Counted from the first letter of the stretch, positions 1-10,460 are shown. The stretch: DNA of 64,000 bases from Candidatus Latescibacterota bacterium (GCA_965205975.1 OZ242195.1:1280001-1344000), one strand, 5' to 3'. Notes: a model not told the origin generated them from the letters alone. A program made the numbers and translations.

Positions 1-46
1 TCATTCCATTTGCCGCAATGCTCGCCTATCAGTTAAAACCCGTTAT

Positions 47-1426
47 TCATCGCGAGGAATGAATTTCCTCAACGAGGTCTTCTGCCGGATAGGTGAGTAT
101 TTCCGATAGTGTGGGGTGGTAATGCGGAATATTCAGGAGGTCTTGTACTGTGCCGCGAAAGTGCATGATGGCGATGAGTTCGTGAAAAAGTTCGCCAGCT
201 TCTGGACCGACGATATGCCCACCGATGATTTCGCCAGTTTTGGGATGGCAGAGGATTTTGACAAATCCATGAAGTTCCCCCAGGACCATGGATTTGCCGT
301 GGTCGTCAAAGGGATAGGACGCAACGCGATAGGGGATGTTTTGCTCGCGACATTCTTTTTCGGTGAGGCCCACAGACGCAAATTGCGGATCGGTGAAGAT
401 CACTTCGGCCTTGAGCCTGTAGTCGATGCGCTGCTTTTGGTTTCCATCAACGGCGTTGTGACCGGCTATCTCGCCTTGCTGAACGGCGATGTGTACAATT
501 TCGTAGAGTCCTGTGCAATCGCCTGCGGCATAAATATTGGGCGCGCTGGTACGCATGTGACGATCCACGAGAATGCGTCCGCGCTCGACGCGTACACCGG
601 CATTTTCAAGCGCAAGCGGTTGGATATCGGGCACGCGCCCCAAAGCATGGAGGATTATATCTGCTGACGCGCGACGGGGTTTGCCCTCGTGGTGGAAGTG
701 GGCGATTTTGGCATTGTTTTTGGTCGTAAATTTTTGCAATTGCGTGTCGGTAAAGACTTTCATGCCTTCTTCTCTGAAGCGTGCTTCTACCGGACGTGCA
801 AGGTCTTCGTCTGTGCTGCTGAAGATGTGATGGCTGCGTTGAATGAGTGTGGTGTGCGTTCCCAGGCGGCAAAAGAATTGTGCAAATTCCGTTGCGACAG
901 GTCCGCCGCCTAAGACGATCATCGATTCTGGCAATTCCCGCAGTTCAAGTGCTTCATCGCTGGTGATATAGCCCACTTCTTTTAAGCCCGGAATGGCGAT
1001 GTCGGCAACTGTTGATCCCGTGCTGAGGATAAAACTTCGCGCAGTGATATTTTGTTTTTCCACTGCGATGGTGTTGCGATTGACAAACTGCGCCGTGCCG
1101 TTGATGAGGGTGAATCGCGGATTGCGCAGTTGCTCGATGCGATAATCTGCAAATTCACTGACGAGTGCGCGTTTACGGTCGTTGATTTCGTCGAGATTTG
1201 CGTGCAAATTAGAAGCACGCAGGCCAAATTCTTTTGCGCGGCGCATCAAGGACATGATTTCGGATGAGCGCAGAATGGTTTTGGTGGGCATGCAGCCGCG
1301 CAAGATGCACAGACCACCAAGAGGCCCTTTGTCTATAATGGCAACTTTGGCACCGAGTTCCTGTGCCGTGCGTGCGGCGGCGTATCCCGCACTCCCGCCG
1401 CCGATGACGATGACGTCGTAATCCAT
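47..1426 (-). CDS. Pyridine nucleotide-disulfide oxidoreductase (dihydrolipoyl dehydrogenase family)
   Basis: GGGSAG FAD motif, redox disulfide CILRGC, GGGPVA NAD motif, C-terminal HYHPTLSE; no MerA-type C-terminal Cys pair. Confidence 0.85.
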   Translation of the reverse strand: MDYDVIVIGGGSAGYAAARTAQELGAKVAIIDKGPLGGLCILRGCMPTKTILRSSEIMSLMRRAKEFGLRASNLHANLDEINDRKRALVSEFADYRIEQLRNPRFTLINGTAQFVNRNTIAVEKQNITARSFILSTGSTVADIAIPGLKEVGYITSDEALELRELPESMIVLGGGPVATEFAQFFCRLGTHTTLIQRSHHIFSSTDEDLARPVEARFREEGMKVFTDTQLQKFTTKNNAKIAHFHHEGKPRRASADIILHALGRVPDIQPLALENAGVRVERGRILVDRHMRTSAPNIYAAGDCTGLYEIVHIAVQQGEIAGHNAVDGNQKQRIDYRLKAEVIFTDPQFASVGLTEKECREQNIPYRVASYPFDDHGKSMVLGELHGFVKILCHPKTGEIIGGHIVGPEAGELFHELIAIMHFRGTVQDLLNIPHYHPTLSEILTYPAEDLVEEIHSSR

Positions 1427-1450
1427 GGTGATTTCCTTAATGCATTAGAG

Positions 1451-1474
1451 GTAGGGGCGAGGCATGCCTCGCCC
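1451..1474 (+). repeat. GTAG-type REP-like palindrome
   Basis: GTAG followed by the perfect 20-bp palindrome GGGCGAGGCATGCCTCGCCC; a related copy lies at 62296-62320. Confidence 0.75.
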
Positions 1475-1543
1475 GTGTTAAGATACAAGAAGTAAGACAG
1501 GTCGGTTATACTGATGTTACGCATCTGCACAATATAATGGGCC

Positions 1544-1639
1544 TGTCATTTTGAGCGGAGCGCAGCGGAGTCGAAAAATCTACGACCAGCCCAGGTGGAA
1601 CAGATGCTTCGGCTTCGTTCCACTCCGCTCAGCATGACA
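1544..1639. repeat. Long imperfect inverted repeat (REP/MITE-like, TGTCAT...ATGACA class)
   Basis: TGTCATTTTGAGCGGAG at the left pairs with CTCCGCTCAGCATGACA at the right; intergenic. Confidence 0.7.
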
Positions 1640-1723
1640 CAAACATCAGATCTGTGTAATGTCAGTGATTAACTGACAACTTAAAATGTCTCTTTAATTT
1701 GAGCAAGGAATTTGGAGGTTTTT

Positions 1724-2800
1724 ATGCATGAACTCGTGAATGGTATTGTGCCGACAGAGGCGGGAGAACAGGAGCGATTGATTCAGGTTCGCGATTTGAG
1801 AGAGACGGCGCAACGGCTTTATGAAGCGGTTGGTGTGCCGAGGGCAGATGCGCGGCTGATGTCCGATTTGCAAGTTGAGACAGATGTGCGCGGGGTTCAT
1901 TCGCACGGTACGCGGGCTTTGCCAAACTACTTAAAGCGCATTCAAACTGGTCACACAAATCCAAAACCCGAAATTCGCGTTGTTCGCGAAGGACCCGCGT
2001 CGGCAACGGTAGATGGCGATGGGGGGTTGGGGCATCTGGCGTCTTATCGGGCGATGCAACTGGCAATTGCAAAAGCAGATAAACTGGGGATTGCTGCGAC
2101 AACGGTTATAAATAGCCGTCACTACGGCGCAGCGGCCTGTTATGCAACGATGGCATTGGACTGGGATATGATCGGTTTTTGCGTTTCGAGTAGCAGTCGG
2201 GGGGTGGCACCTTACGGGGGGATTGATCGGTTGTTGGGCAATCACGCGCTGGCTTATGCGATTCCGGCGGGTCGAGAATATCCCATTGTTCTGGATATGG
2301 CAACGGGACGGTCCGCCTGGGGGCGAGTGGGCACTATGCGTTTGTACGGACGGAAATTAGACGGCGAATGGGTCTTAGATGAGGATGGGCAGGTAACAGA
2401 TGATCCGGCGCGCGCGCATGCGCTGGTAGCCCCCGGTGGCGCGAAGGGGTCTGGGCTAAATGTGGTGATGGATGTTTTGAGCGGTATTCTGCCTTTTGGC
2501 CTGGCAACGGTGAATCGGGAAGATGAATATCAAGGTCAGCGGCGGGCCAGTCACTTTTTTCAGGCGACCAAAATCGAGACATTTTGCGATGTGTCAGATT
2601 TCAAACGGGAAGTTGATCGGATGATTCAGACGATTCGGGCTTCTCGCCCCAAAGAAGGTGTGGATCGCGTTTACGTGCCCGGTGAGATTGAGTGGCTTAA
2701 AAAGGGGGCCTGGGAAAAAACGGGGATTCCACTGCATAAAACCCATGTGGAAAGTCTGGAAAAAGCGGCTGAGGAATTGGGTGTAGAGGTGGCGTTTTAA
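1724..2800 (+). CDS. Ldh_2 family oxidoreductase (malate/L-lactate/L-sulfolactate dehydrogenase-like)
   Basis: GVHSHG, VDGDGGLG, NSRHYG, LDMAT and RVYVPGE motifs; GGAGG RBS before the ATG at 1724. Confidence 0.9.
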   Translation: MHELVNGIVPTEAGEQERLIQVRDLRETAQRLYEAVGVPRADARLMSDLQVETDVRGVHSHGTRALPNYLKRIQTGHTNPKPEIRVVREGPASATVDGDGGLGHLASYRAMQLAIAKADKLGIAATTVINSRHYGAAACYATMALDWDMIGFCVSSSSRGVAPYGGIDRLLGNHALAYAIPAGREYPIVLDMATGRSAWGRVGTMRLYGRKLDGEWVLDEDGQVTDDPARAHALVAPGGAKGSGLNVVMDVLSGILPFGLATVNREDEYQGQRRASHFFQATKIETFCDVSDFKREVDRMIQTIRASRPKEGVDRVYVPGEIEWLKKGAWEKTGIPLHKTHVESLEKAAEELGVEVAF

Positions 2801-2823
2801 TAGAGGAAGTCCGAGATTTTCAG

Positions 2824-3882
2824 ATGAAAGAGAATAATAAACCACTGGTCTCAATTATCATTCCCCATTATTTGGGGGATATTCTTTCCAAGTGTCTGGC
2901 ATTTGTCTATGCGCGGACATCGGATGTTCCCTTTGAAGTTATTGTGGCAGATGACCAGCCTTATCCCGACGGCAGCCTGGATCGGGCATTGGAGAAGTTT
3001 CCGGCTATTCGCATTGTGAAGACAGGTGGAGGAAATGGGAAGCCGAGCAAGGGGATGGGTGCCGGGTGCAACCGGGGATTGGAGGTTGCAAAGGGGACGT
3101 ATGCGATGTTGTTGAATTCGGATGTGGAGGTGGGCGAAGGGTGGTTGCCGCCGCTGATTGATACGCTGAAATCCGATCCTACAATTGGGGCGTGTCAGTC
3201 CAGGGTGCGGTCGTTGCAAAATCGCAAAATGTTTGATTATGGCGGGGCTGCAGGCGGGCTGATGGACAGATGGGGATTTACGTTTTGTCAGGGCAGGATA
3301 TTTGAGTTTGTCGAAGAAGATGTGGGGCAATACAATCATCCTCGCGATATTTTTTGGGCTATTGGGGGGGCTATGTTTTTGCGTATGGATTGCCTCGAAA
3401 AAACAGGACTGATCGATGAGGGCTTTGTAATGCATATGGAAGAGATCGATTTGTCCTGGCGGTTTCACCTTGCGGGATATCGCATCGTATATGTGCCCGG
3501 TTCTCTCGTATATCACTACGGCGGTTTTACGCTGGGTGCAGAGAGTTATAAGAAAGCCTATTTTAATCACCGCAATCAGCTCGTGATGTTGTTGAAAAAT
3601 TTTTCCCTTTCGCGACTATTGTATAAATTCCCGATTCGAGTCGCTATGGAACTGGCTAATTTGGGATTGCTGCTAAAGGGCAATTGGAAACATCCCGTTG
3701 CGGCGATAGCTGGGCTTTTATGGGTGCTGCTGCATCCGTGCAATATTTGGCGGCGACGGCGAGAATCACAGCGGTTCAGAAGTGTGGGAGATGGCGAGAT
3801 TGAACGTCGTCTTTTCAAGGGATCAGTAGTTTATCACTATTTTATTCGCGGTGTCAAAACGGTGCGTGAGATAGGAGCGTAA
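2824..3882 (+). CDS. Glycosyltransferase family 2
   Basis: VSIIIP, LLNSDVE, FDYGGAAGG, MEEIDLSWR and VYHYGG motifs. Confidence 0.9.
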   Translation: MKENNKPLVSIIIPHYLGDILSKCLAFVYARTSDVPFEVIVADDQPYPDGSLDRALEKFPAIRIVKTGGGNGKPSKGMGAGCNRGLEVAKGTYAMLLNSDVEVGEGWLPPLIDTLKSDPTIGACQSRVRSLQNRKMFDYGGAAGGLMDRWGFTFCQGRIFEFVEEDVGQYNHPRDIFWAIGGAMFLRMDCLEKTGLIDEGFVMHMEEIDLSWRFHLAGYRIVYVPGSLVYHYGGFTLGAESYKKAYFNHRNQLVMLLKNFSLSRLLYKFPIRVAMELANLGLLLKGNWKHPVAAIAGLLWVLLHPCNIWRRRRESQRFRSVGDGEIERRLFKGSVVYHYFIRGVKTVREIGA

Positions 3883-3883
3883 A

Positions 3884-5062
3884 ATGAAAGCGATTGGTCT
3901 CATGTCTGGAACTTCTGCCGATGGGGTGGATGCCGCGCTTGTGGAAATTGACGACTCCGATCTGTCTCTGCTCGGATATGTCGAGGTGCCTTTTCCCAAA
4001 GATGTCAGAAGGGCGATTTTGTCGCTTTGTGAAGATGGGAGGGTCGATGCAATATGCCGCATGGATGCCGCGCTTGGAGAGTGGTTTGCAGAGGCTGCAC
4101 TGCGCGTGTGCGCAAAAGCTAATGTCAGCGCTGGTGAAATCGATGTAATTGGATCGCACGGGCAGACGATTCATCATTTGCCCGCGCTTGCCGTAGTTGC
4201 CGACAAAAAGGTGAGATCAACGCTGCAAATTGGCAATCCCGCGGTGATTGCAGAACGCACGGGAATCACGACGGTATCGGATTTTCGGTCGCGGGATATG
4301 GCTGCGGGCGGACAGGGAGCACCTCTTGTCCCGCTGGTGGATTATCTGTTGTTTCGGTCTGAATACGCGGGACGCGCAATGCTCAATATCGGTGGTATTG
4401 CCAATGTGAATATATTGCCCACAAACTGTGGCGTGTCAGACATTTTCGCATTTGATACGGGACCTGGCAATATGATCATTGATGGGGTTGTGCAGGCGAT
4501 TACGCGAGGCAAACTGAGTTTCGATCGGGATGGGGCGTTTGCTGGCAAAGGCCAGGTGTGTGAGGATCTGTTGGATGTGCTTATGGCGCATCCTTTTTTT
4601 GATATGGAGCCACCCAAGACAACGGGGCGCGAGGATTTTGGGACCGATATTGTCCAAAAAATTCTCGATTGGGAGGGAAAAGAAGAGGACCTCGTGCATA
4701 CGGCAGTGCAGTTCACGGTGGAAAGTATTATGCATGGGCTAAAACGATTTGTTTTCCCCAGATGTGAAATTCACGAGGTGATTGCAAGTGGAGGCGGCAC
4801 CAGGAATCCGGTTATGATGGATCTTTTGGATCGGGCATTGGGAGATATTGCATTCAAGCGATTGGATGATCTGGGAATAGCATCAGAAGCAAAAGAGGCC
4901 ATTGCGTTTGCGATTCTTGCCTATCAGACTATGAATGGGCACCCCGGCAATGTGCCGAGTGTAACCGGCGCCGATAAACAGGTTGTGTTAGGCTCTATTA
5001 CACCGGGCAATAGGGATGCCCGACTACCCAATCCAGAGTTGTTGGGAACATTATCGCATTGA
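3884..5062 (+). CDS. anmK: Anhydro-N-acetylmuramic acid kinase
   Basis: GLMSGTSADGVD, GSHGQTI, GGQGAPLVP, NIGGIAN, FDTGPGN and KTTGRE motifs. Confidence 0.95.
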   Translation: MKAIGLMSGTSADGVDAALVEIDDSDLSLLGYVEVPFPKDVRRAILSLCEDGRVDAICRMDAALGEWFAEAALRVCAKANVSAGEIDVIGSHGQTIHHLPALAVVADKKVRSTLQIGNPAVIAERTGITTVSDFRSRDMAAGGQGAPLVPLVDYLLFRSEYAGRAMLNIGGIANVNILPTNCGVSDIFAFDTGPGNMIIDGVVQAITRGKLSFDRDGAFAGKGQVCEDLLDVLMAHPFFDMEPPKTTGREDFGTDIVQKILDWEGKEEDLVHTAVQFTVESIMHGLKRFVFPRCEIHEVIASGGGTRNPVMMDLLDRALGDIAFKRLDDLGIASEAKEAIAFAILAYQTMNGHPGNVPSVTGADKQVVLGSITPGNRDARLPNPELLGTLSH

Positions 5063-5138
5063 TGATACTGGCGCGGTTGTACACCGTTGCGTATATTTCT
5101 TTTTCTGATGTCGGTTTGGATGATTCGAGGAAAAGGCC

Positions 5139-5963
5139 ATGTTTTTTGACATCTTACTCATTGCAACAGGCGGGGCGTACATCGTCAGTGCGCTGGGTTA
5201 TGCTTTGCATTTTCACCAGCCCAGAGCACACTGGCGCGTTTTCGGCACCTGGGGAATATGGGGTGCCTGGTGTATGCACACTGTGCTTTTGATCGTTATT
5301 ACAATTTCTGCTGGCGAGGTGCCTTTGACCAGTCAGGTATTGCCATCGCTTTGTGCATGGCTGGTCGCTGTTGTTTATATTTATCTGGAAGTGAGTACTC
5401 AAGATCGGTCTTTGGGCGTGCTCATTGTACCTATTGTGGTGGTTTTGCACGTTTTGACACTTACAAAATTATCGGGTATTGAGGATATTCAGGTCACGGG
5501 ATATAGCGGCGGGTGGTTTGAACTGCATGTGCTGGCTTATGGCCTTGCATACACAGCATTTGCGATTTCCGCTGTTGGGGGTGTGATGTATCTGATGCTT
5601 TTGGGCGAAATTCAGGCTAAGCATTTAGGTTTTTTTTATTCTCGCCTGCCTTCACTCGAAGTGTTGAATCAGATTACTAACCGCGCTGCCACTTTTGGAT
5701 TTGTCTTTTTAACGGGTGGAACCATTGCCAGTTCGGTGTGGGCATTTCAACATCTTTCGCAGTTTTCTATATGGCGCGAGCCAGTATTTTTGCCTGTTTT
5801 GATTGCGTGGGTCATCTATGCGGGCAATCTCGCTGCGCGGTGGTGGGGTGGCTGGCAGGGCAAACGGGCGGCATTTCTGTCTATTATGGGTTTTGTTCTC
5901 GTGATTCTGGCATTTCCCGTGATGGGCGTTCTGTTTTCTGGTCCCCACAATTTAGGGCCTTAA
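5139..5963 (+). CDS. ccsA: Cytochrome c biogenesis CcsA/HemX-like membrane protein
   Basis: About 8 hydrophobic segments, LHV, RLPSLEVL and GWQGKRAA; lies upstream of hemA. Confidence 0.8.
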   Translation: MFFDILLIATGGAYIVSALGYALHFHQPRAHWRVFGTWGIWGAWCMHTVLLIVITISAGEVPLTSQVLPSLCAWLVAVVYIYLEVSTQDRSLGVLIVPIVVVLHVLTLTKLSGIEDIQVTGYSGGWFELHVLAYGLAYTAFAISAVGGVMYLMLLGEIQAKHLGFFYSRLPSLEVLNQITNRAATFGFVFLTGGTIASSVWAFQHLSQFSIWREPVFLPVLIAWVIYAGNLAARWWGGWQGKRAAFLSIMGFVLVILAFPVMGVLFSGPHNLGP

Positions 5964-5966
5964 GCC

Positions 5967-6596
5967 ATGCGCTATCCCGTGTTTTTAAAATTGGAAGATA
6001 AATTGTGTGTTGTGGTTGGAGCCGGCCGCGTTGCCGAACGCAGAGTGCGCGGGCTGTGTGATGCGAGTGCGCGGGTTCGAGTTGTGGGTATAATCGCAAC
6101 TGAAGGTATTTTGAAATTGGCCGATGAAGGCGCGATCCATCTCTATCAACGGGCATTTGAACCGAGCGATTTGGATGGTAGCACGCTCGCGATTGCCGCT
6201 ACTGATCGTGCAGGTGTCAATCGAGCGGTACAGACGGCTGCGAAATGCCGAGGGATTTTGTTTTGCGGTGCAGATCGACATACAGATAGCGATTTTATTG
6301 TGCCTGCAGTTGTGCAGCGTGGCGATTTACAGATGGCGATTTCTACCGGGGGCAAAAGTCCTGCTTACGCCAGGCTGTTGCGCCGGGAAATTGAGGCTTT
6401 TTTGGAAGATGGACACGTGGGATTACTGGATTTGATAGCGGATTTAAGGCATAGGGTTTATGCGCGTTTTCCCAACGCACCAGAACGCAGGCAAGCGTTC
6501 TGGCAACAGTTGGTGACAGATGATACGCTTGCTCTGGCGCGCAAGGGCAAGTGGGCTGAAATTGAGGAGCGGATTGAAGTATGTCTCTCGTCGTGA
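5967..6596 (+). CDS. Precorrin-2 dehydrogenase / sirohydrochlorin ferrochelatase (SirC, CysG N-terminal-like)
   Basis: YPVFLKL, VVGAGRVAERR, DFIVPA and ISTGGKSP motifs. Confidence 0.88.
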   Translation: MRYPVFLKLEDKLCVVVGAGRVAERRVRGLCDASARVRVVGIIATEGILKLADEGAIHLYQRAFEPSDLDGSTLAIAATDRAGVNRAVQTAAKCRGILFCGADRHTDSDFIVPAVVQRGDLQMAISTGGKSPAYARLLRREIEAFLEDGHVGLLDLIADLRHRVYARFPNAPERRQAFWQQLVTDDTLALARKGKWAEIEERIEVCLSS

Positions 6597-7882
6597 TTGG
6601 GCTGAGTTATCGCACGGCACCTGTTGAAATTCGAGATGGGGTCGCGGTATTGCCCCAAGCTCTGGATGCGGTTCTGCAATACTTTTCCAGCGTGCCCGAA
6701 ATTGTAGAATGTGCGGTTTTATCGACGTGCAATCGCTCGGAAGTCTATTGTATTGCGACGGATATTCACGCTGCTCGCACGGCTGTGATCGCGGGGTGGA
6801 GCGAGCAAAGTGGATTGGACGCCGACGCCCTGGGGCAGTACACGGTTGTCTATCGCGATGCGGAAGCCGTGCGCCACCTTTTCAGAGTCGCCTGCGGTTT
6901 GGATTCTATGGTAATGGGCGAGCCGCAAATTGCCGGTCAGGTGAAAGAGGCTGGGGCTGCTGCACTATCTATGGGAACGAGCAAAGCCGTGCTGAATCGC
7001 TTATTTCGCGCTGCAACCGAGGTTTCAAAGCGGGCGCGCACGGAAACAGAGATTGCAACGGGTGCAGTTTCCGTCAGTTTTGCAGCGGTGGAACTCGCAA
7101 AGAAAATTTTCGGCAATCTCGAAGGGCATACAGCTCTGGTGCTCGGCGCTGGCGAGATGAGCGAATTGACGGCGCGGCACCTCGCCGACAATGGGGTGAA
7201 GTCTTTGCTGGTGACGAGTCGCACGTTAGCGCGGGCACAAGATTTGGCGATGCGCGTGGGTGGTCGCGCCATTTCCTGGGACGATGGAATAGGCAATTTT
7301 CACAGGGCAGATGTTGTTATCAGTTCTACAAGCGCGGAAACTTATGTTCTGGACCGCCCCCATGTGGCAGCGGCGATGCAAAGGCGCAATAATCGCTCAA
7401 TGTTTTTGATCGATATTGCCATGCCACGCGATATCGATCCGGCAGTTGGTGATCTGTACAATGTGTTTTTATACGATCTGGACGATCTGGAGTCTGTTGT
7501 TGGCGCGAATTTGGAGAAGCGGAAAATTGAAGCAGATAAAGTCAGTACAATTATAGAAGAAGAGGCGGAGAACTTCTCTGCATGGATAAATTCCCTATCG
7601 GTTGTTCCTGCAATTGTGGCTCTGCGTGGACATTTTCAATCTTTTATGGATTCGGAACTCGCACAAGCCAAGCTCAGTGAATTTTCAGATGACCAACGCG
7701 CTCAAGTTGCCAATTTGATGCGTCGATTTATGAATAAAGTGCTGCACATACCAGTGACGCGCCTTAGAGAGGCTGGCGAGGAAGAAGATGGCGGGGCTTA
7801 TGTGGCGGCACTTTCATATTTGTTTGATCTGGTAGTTGAGGGAGATCCAGAAAAAGAAATTAAAGAGGTGCGCGGCTCATGA
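6581..7882 (+). CDS. hemA: Glutamyl-tRNA reductase
   Basis: LSTCNRSE, GLDSMVMGEPQI, GAGEM and DIAMPRD motifs. Confidence 0.97.
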   Translation: MSLVVIGLSYRTAPVEIRDGVAVLPQALDAVLQYFSSVPEIVECAVLSTCNRSEVYCIATDIHAARTAVIAGWSEQSGLDADALGQYTVVYRDAEAVRHLFRVACGLDSMVMGEPQIAGQVKEAGAAALSMGTSKAVLNRLFRAATEVSKRARTETEIATGAVSVSFAAVELAKKIFGNLEGHTALVLGAGEMSELTARHLADNGVKSLLVTSRTLARAQDLAMRVGGRAISWDDGIGNFHRADVVISSTSAETYVLDRPHVAAAMQRRNNRSMFLIDIAMPRDIDPAVGDLYNVFLYDLDDLESVVGANLEKRKIEADKVSTIIEEEAENFSAWINSLSVVPAIVALRGHFQSFMDSELAQAKLSEFSDDQRAQVANLMRRFMNKVLHIPVTRLREAGEEEDGGAYVAALSYLFDLVVEGDPEKEIKEVRGS

Positions 7883-8823
7883 AGGTGGTTATTGGTAGTC
7901 GAGGTAGTGCGCTGGCTTTGTGGCAGGCCAATTGGGCAAAGAGAAAACTGGCGAGCGCATATCCCGATCTGAGTATCGAGATTGGGGTGATCAAAACGGA
8001 GGGAGACCGCCTGTCGGAAATGCCTCTGTCTCATATTGGTGGCAAAGAGGTGTGGACAAAGGAAATTGAGCACGCACTGCTGTCGGGCAGTATTGATCTG
8101 GCGGTTCACAGTTTGAAAGATTTGCCGACCAGGTTGCCAGAGGGATTGGTTTTAGGCGCGATAAGTGTACGCGAAGATGTGCGAGATGTGCTGGTCAGCA
8201 AAAATAATCGGGTGTTTTGGGATTTGTCAGAAGGCGCGACGGTTGCAACGAGCAGTTTGCGGAGGCAGGCACAACTGAAACACGCGCGACCGGATTTGAA
8301 TTTTGTGGCGATTCGGGGAAATGTAGATACGCGCGTCAAAAAGCTCGAAACAGAAAACTTGGATGGTATTATTCTGGCCGCAGCGGGTTTGAAACGGTTG
8401 GGGCTGGGAGATCGCATTGCGGATTTTATCGACCCGGATATCTGTTTGCCCGCGCCCGGACAGGCCGCGCTGGGGATAGAAATAAGAGAAGGCGATCAGC
8501 GAATTACAGACCTCGTTGGTGTTTTAAATTGCGTTGAAACGCAACAAGCCGTTACGGCAGAGCGCGCGATGCTGGCGGCATTGGGAGGAGACTGTAGCGT
8601 TCCAATTGGTGGATACGCGGCCGTTGACAAGGCTTCTATTGATGTTCTGTCGCTGTCGGGCGTTGTTGCAACACCAGATGGGCGTCGGGTGATATCGGAG
8701 AGGGGAGAAGGACAGGCATCATCTGCGGAACAGTTGGGAATGCGCGTGGCCAAGGGATTGGTTGAGCAAGGTGCGGGAGTGATTTTGGATCGGGATGGGA
8801 AGGATACTCTTCCGCACCATTGA
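7879..8823 (+). CDS. hemC: Hydroxymethylbilane synthase
   Basis: GSRGSALALWQ, DLAVHSLKD, TSSLRR, RGNVDTR and GGDCSVP motifs. Confidence 0.97.
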   Translation: MKVVIGSRGSALALWQANWAKRKLASAYPDLSIEIGVIKTEGDRLSEMPLSHIGGKEVWTKEIEHALLSGSIDLAVHSLKDLPTRLPEGLVLGAISVREDVRDVLVSKNNRVFWDLSEGATVATSSLRRQAQLKHARPDLNFVAIRGNVDTRVKKLETENLDGIILAAAGLKRLGLGDRIADFIDPDICLPAPGQAALGIEIREGDQRITDLVGVLNCVETQQAVTAERAMLAALGGDCSVPIGGYAAVDKASIDVLSLSGVVATPDGRRVISERGEGQASSAEQLGMRVAKGLVEQGAGVILDRDGKDTLPHH

Positions 8824-8869
8824 CGTGAGGCAAGACATCTTATGAGGTTCATAGAGGAGGATTTCTACC

Positions 8870-9196
8870 ATGGCAGAAACGCTTGGAAATCTGGAAAAAC
8901 GTTTAGATCAATTGGAGAAGGCAGTGAAAGATACGAATGTGCAACTCTCATGGGTCGTTGACGAGTTATTGTCCGAAGCCCCTGAGAATTTCAAAACAGG
9001 GGCAGAGGTTATGGCCTATTACAGGAAGGATAAAAAAGAGGGAGCTAAAATTTTTCGTGAAGTGCTTGAAAAGATGGGAATTGCCGATGTAGAACCAATT
9101 CCCATTGAGCAGCTTCAAGCACGTATGGTACGTAACGGTATCCGTCCAGAAGATAACGAGTTTAGTCGTGCTATTATCGCAGAACGCGAGAAATAG
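8870..9196 (+). CDS. Hypothetical protein, probable antitoxin of the downstream PIN gene
   Basis: GGAGG RBS; small charged ORF ending 2 nt before a PIN-domain gene. Confidence 0.55.
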   Translation: MAETLGNLEKRLDQLEKAVKDTNVQLSWVVDELLSEAPENFKTGAEVMAYYRKDKKEGAKIFREVLEKMGIADVEPIPIEQLQARMVRNGIRPEDNEFSRAIIAEREK

Positions 9197-9198
9197 GT

Positions 9199-9402
9199 AT
9201 GCATCATTTCTATTTTGATGCCAGTGCTCTTGTCAAGCGTTACACCCAGGAGGGCGATGAACTGGTACTTGTCGCATCTGACCAACGCCTGCTTCGAGCG
9301 GCACAGACTGAAGAGATATTGGTTTTTAATCCTGAAATTGACTCACAAGAGGCTTTAGAAGTTTGGGTTTTCGACACTTCAGGTAGGGACGATGACTGCT
9401 GA
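9199..9402 (+). pseudogene. VapC/PIN toxin with an in-frame internal deletion
   Basis: PIN N-terminal YFDASALVKRY is joined directly to the C-terminal LVASDQRLLRAA; only 67 aa. Confidence 0.75.
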
Positions 9403-9525
9403 TTGCTGAGAGCTATTTATGAAAACTGGATGTGTATAGAACTCCTCCGTATGTATCAGCAGATGTAAAATTAAACTAATAGCCGAAGCGGATATCGAGT
9501 CGGCTTCGGCTTCGTATCCAGGAGA

Positions 9526-9969
9526 TCTAACAGCAACGAGATCGCTAACCTCTCTCCACTTTTAGGTATGACTAGGCTGGAATATCTGGATCTTGGCAGT
9601 AACTTGATCTCAGATGTATCCGCGCTATCTGGCCTAACCAGTCTAACATATCTGGATCTTTACGACAACTTCATCTTGGATGTGTCTGCACTATCTAAAC
9701 TGACCAACCTGACACAGTTGAGTCTATCCATAAACAGCATCTCGGACATTTCTCCTCTGGTTGCGAATACGGGATTGGGCAGTGGCGATTTGGTTGATGT
9801 GAGGGACAACCCACTGGGTGCCACATCGCTCAACACGCACATTCCAGCCCTTCAGGCAAGAGGCGTTAATGTGCAGTTTGGCGCATTGAAGCCTGGGGTA
9901 GAGGAGAAAGAGCCGCGTATGGAGGGTGTGCTACCAGAGGAAAGAGATTACAATTCTCTCAGGAGGTGA
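9526..9969 (+). pseudogene. C-terminal fragment of an internalin-like leucine-rich repeat protein
   Basis: LxxLxLxxNxIxDVSAL repeats; the frame continues upstream of the ATG (NSNEIANLSPL) with no signal peptide. Confidence 0.75.
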
Positions 9970-10003
9970 GGTGTGCACGCCTATGAGATTGAAAGAATGC
10001 GGT

Positions 10004-10430
10004 TCAGGCGTGCGCGACTTCAAAGGCCGTTATGTTGCGGGTATCTTTGCTGAATTCTACAGCGATCAGGTGGATCGGCAGGTCAAGGCCGCGATATTTG
10101 TCTGCATATCGCTTCTCCTGCAATTGTGCCATTGCCGCGCCTTTAGATGCGATCTCCACCACTTTGAACTCGAAGAGATAGATGTGGTCGTTGAAGTGAA
10201 CGGCCATGTCCAGACGGCCCTGACTACTGCTGTCTTCTACCGTGATATTTAGACCCAGTCCGGCGAAATAGGAATAGAACACGCTGGCGTAGTAGCCTTC
10301 ATAATTGGCGATGTCGTTGTTGGTGTACCACTCGTAGGGGATGCTGGCAAAGAAAGCGTGGAATAGGGTTTCCATGCCAGTAAAGTCATTGGCCTCCAGC
10401 AGACGATACAGGCGCGCGTGTTGATTTGAA
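10004..10430 (-). pseudogene. C-terminal fragment of an AAA-ATPase-like / PD-(D/E)XK nuclease protein
   Basis: EGYYASVFY, EDSSSQGRLDM, YLFEFK and YADKY motifs; the ATPase N-terminus is absent. Confidence 0.8.
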
Positions 10431-10460
10431 TTTGTCCATCGCTTCACATAGGAGAACGCA

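Noticed and set aside
47..1426. Mercuric reductase MerA
   Set aside because: No C-terminal Cys-Cys pair, no metal-binding N-domain and no mer genes nearby
9481..9511. Hairpin AGCCGAAGC...GCTTCGGCT as a terminator or att site
   Set aside because: No T tract and no second copy found
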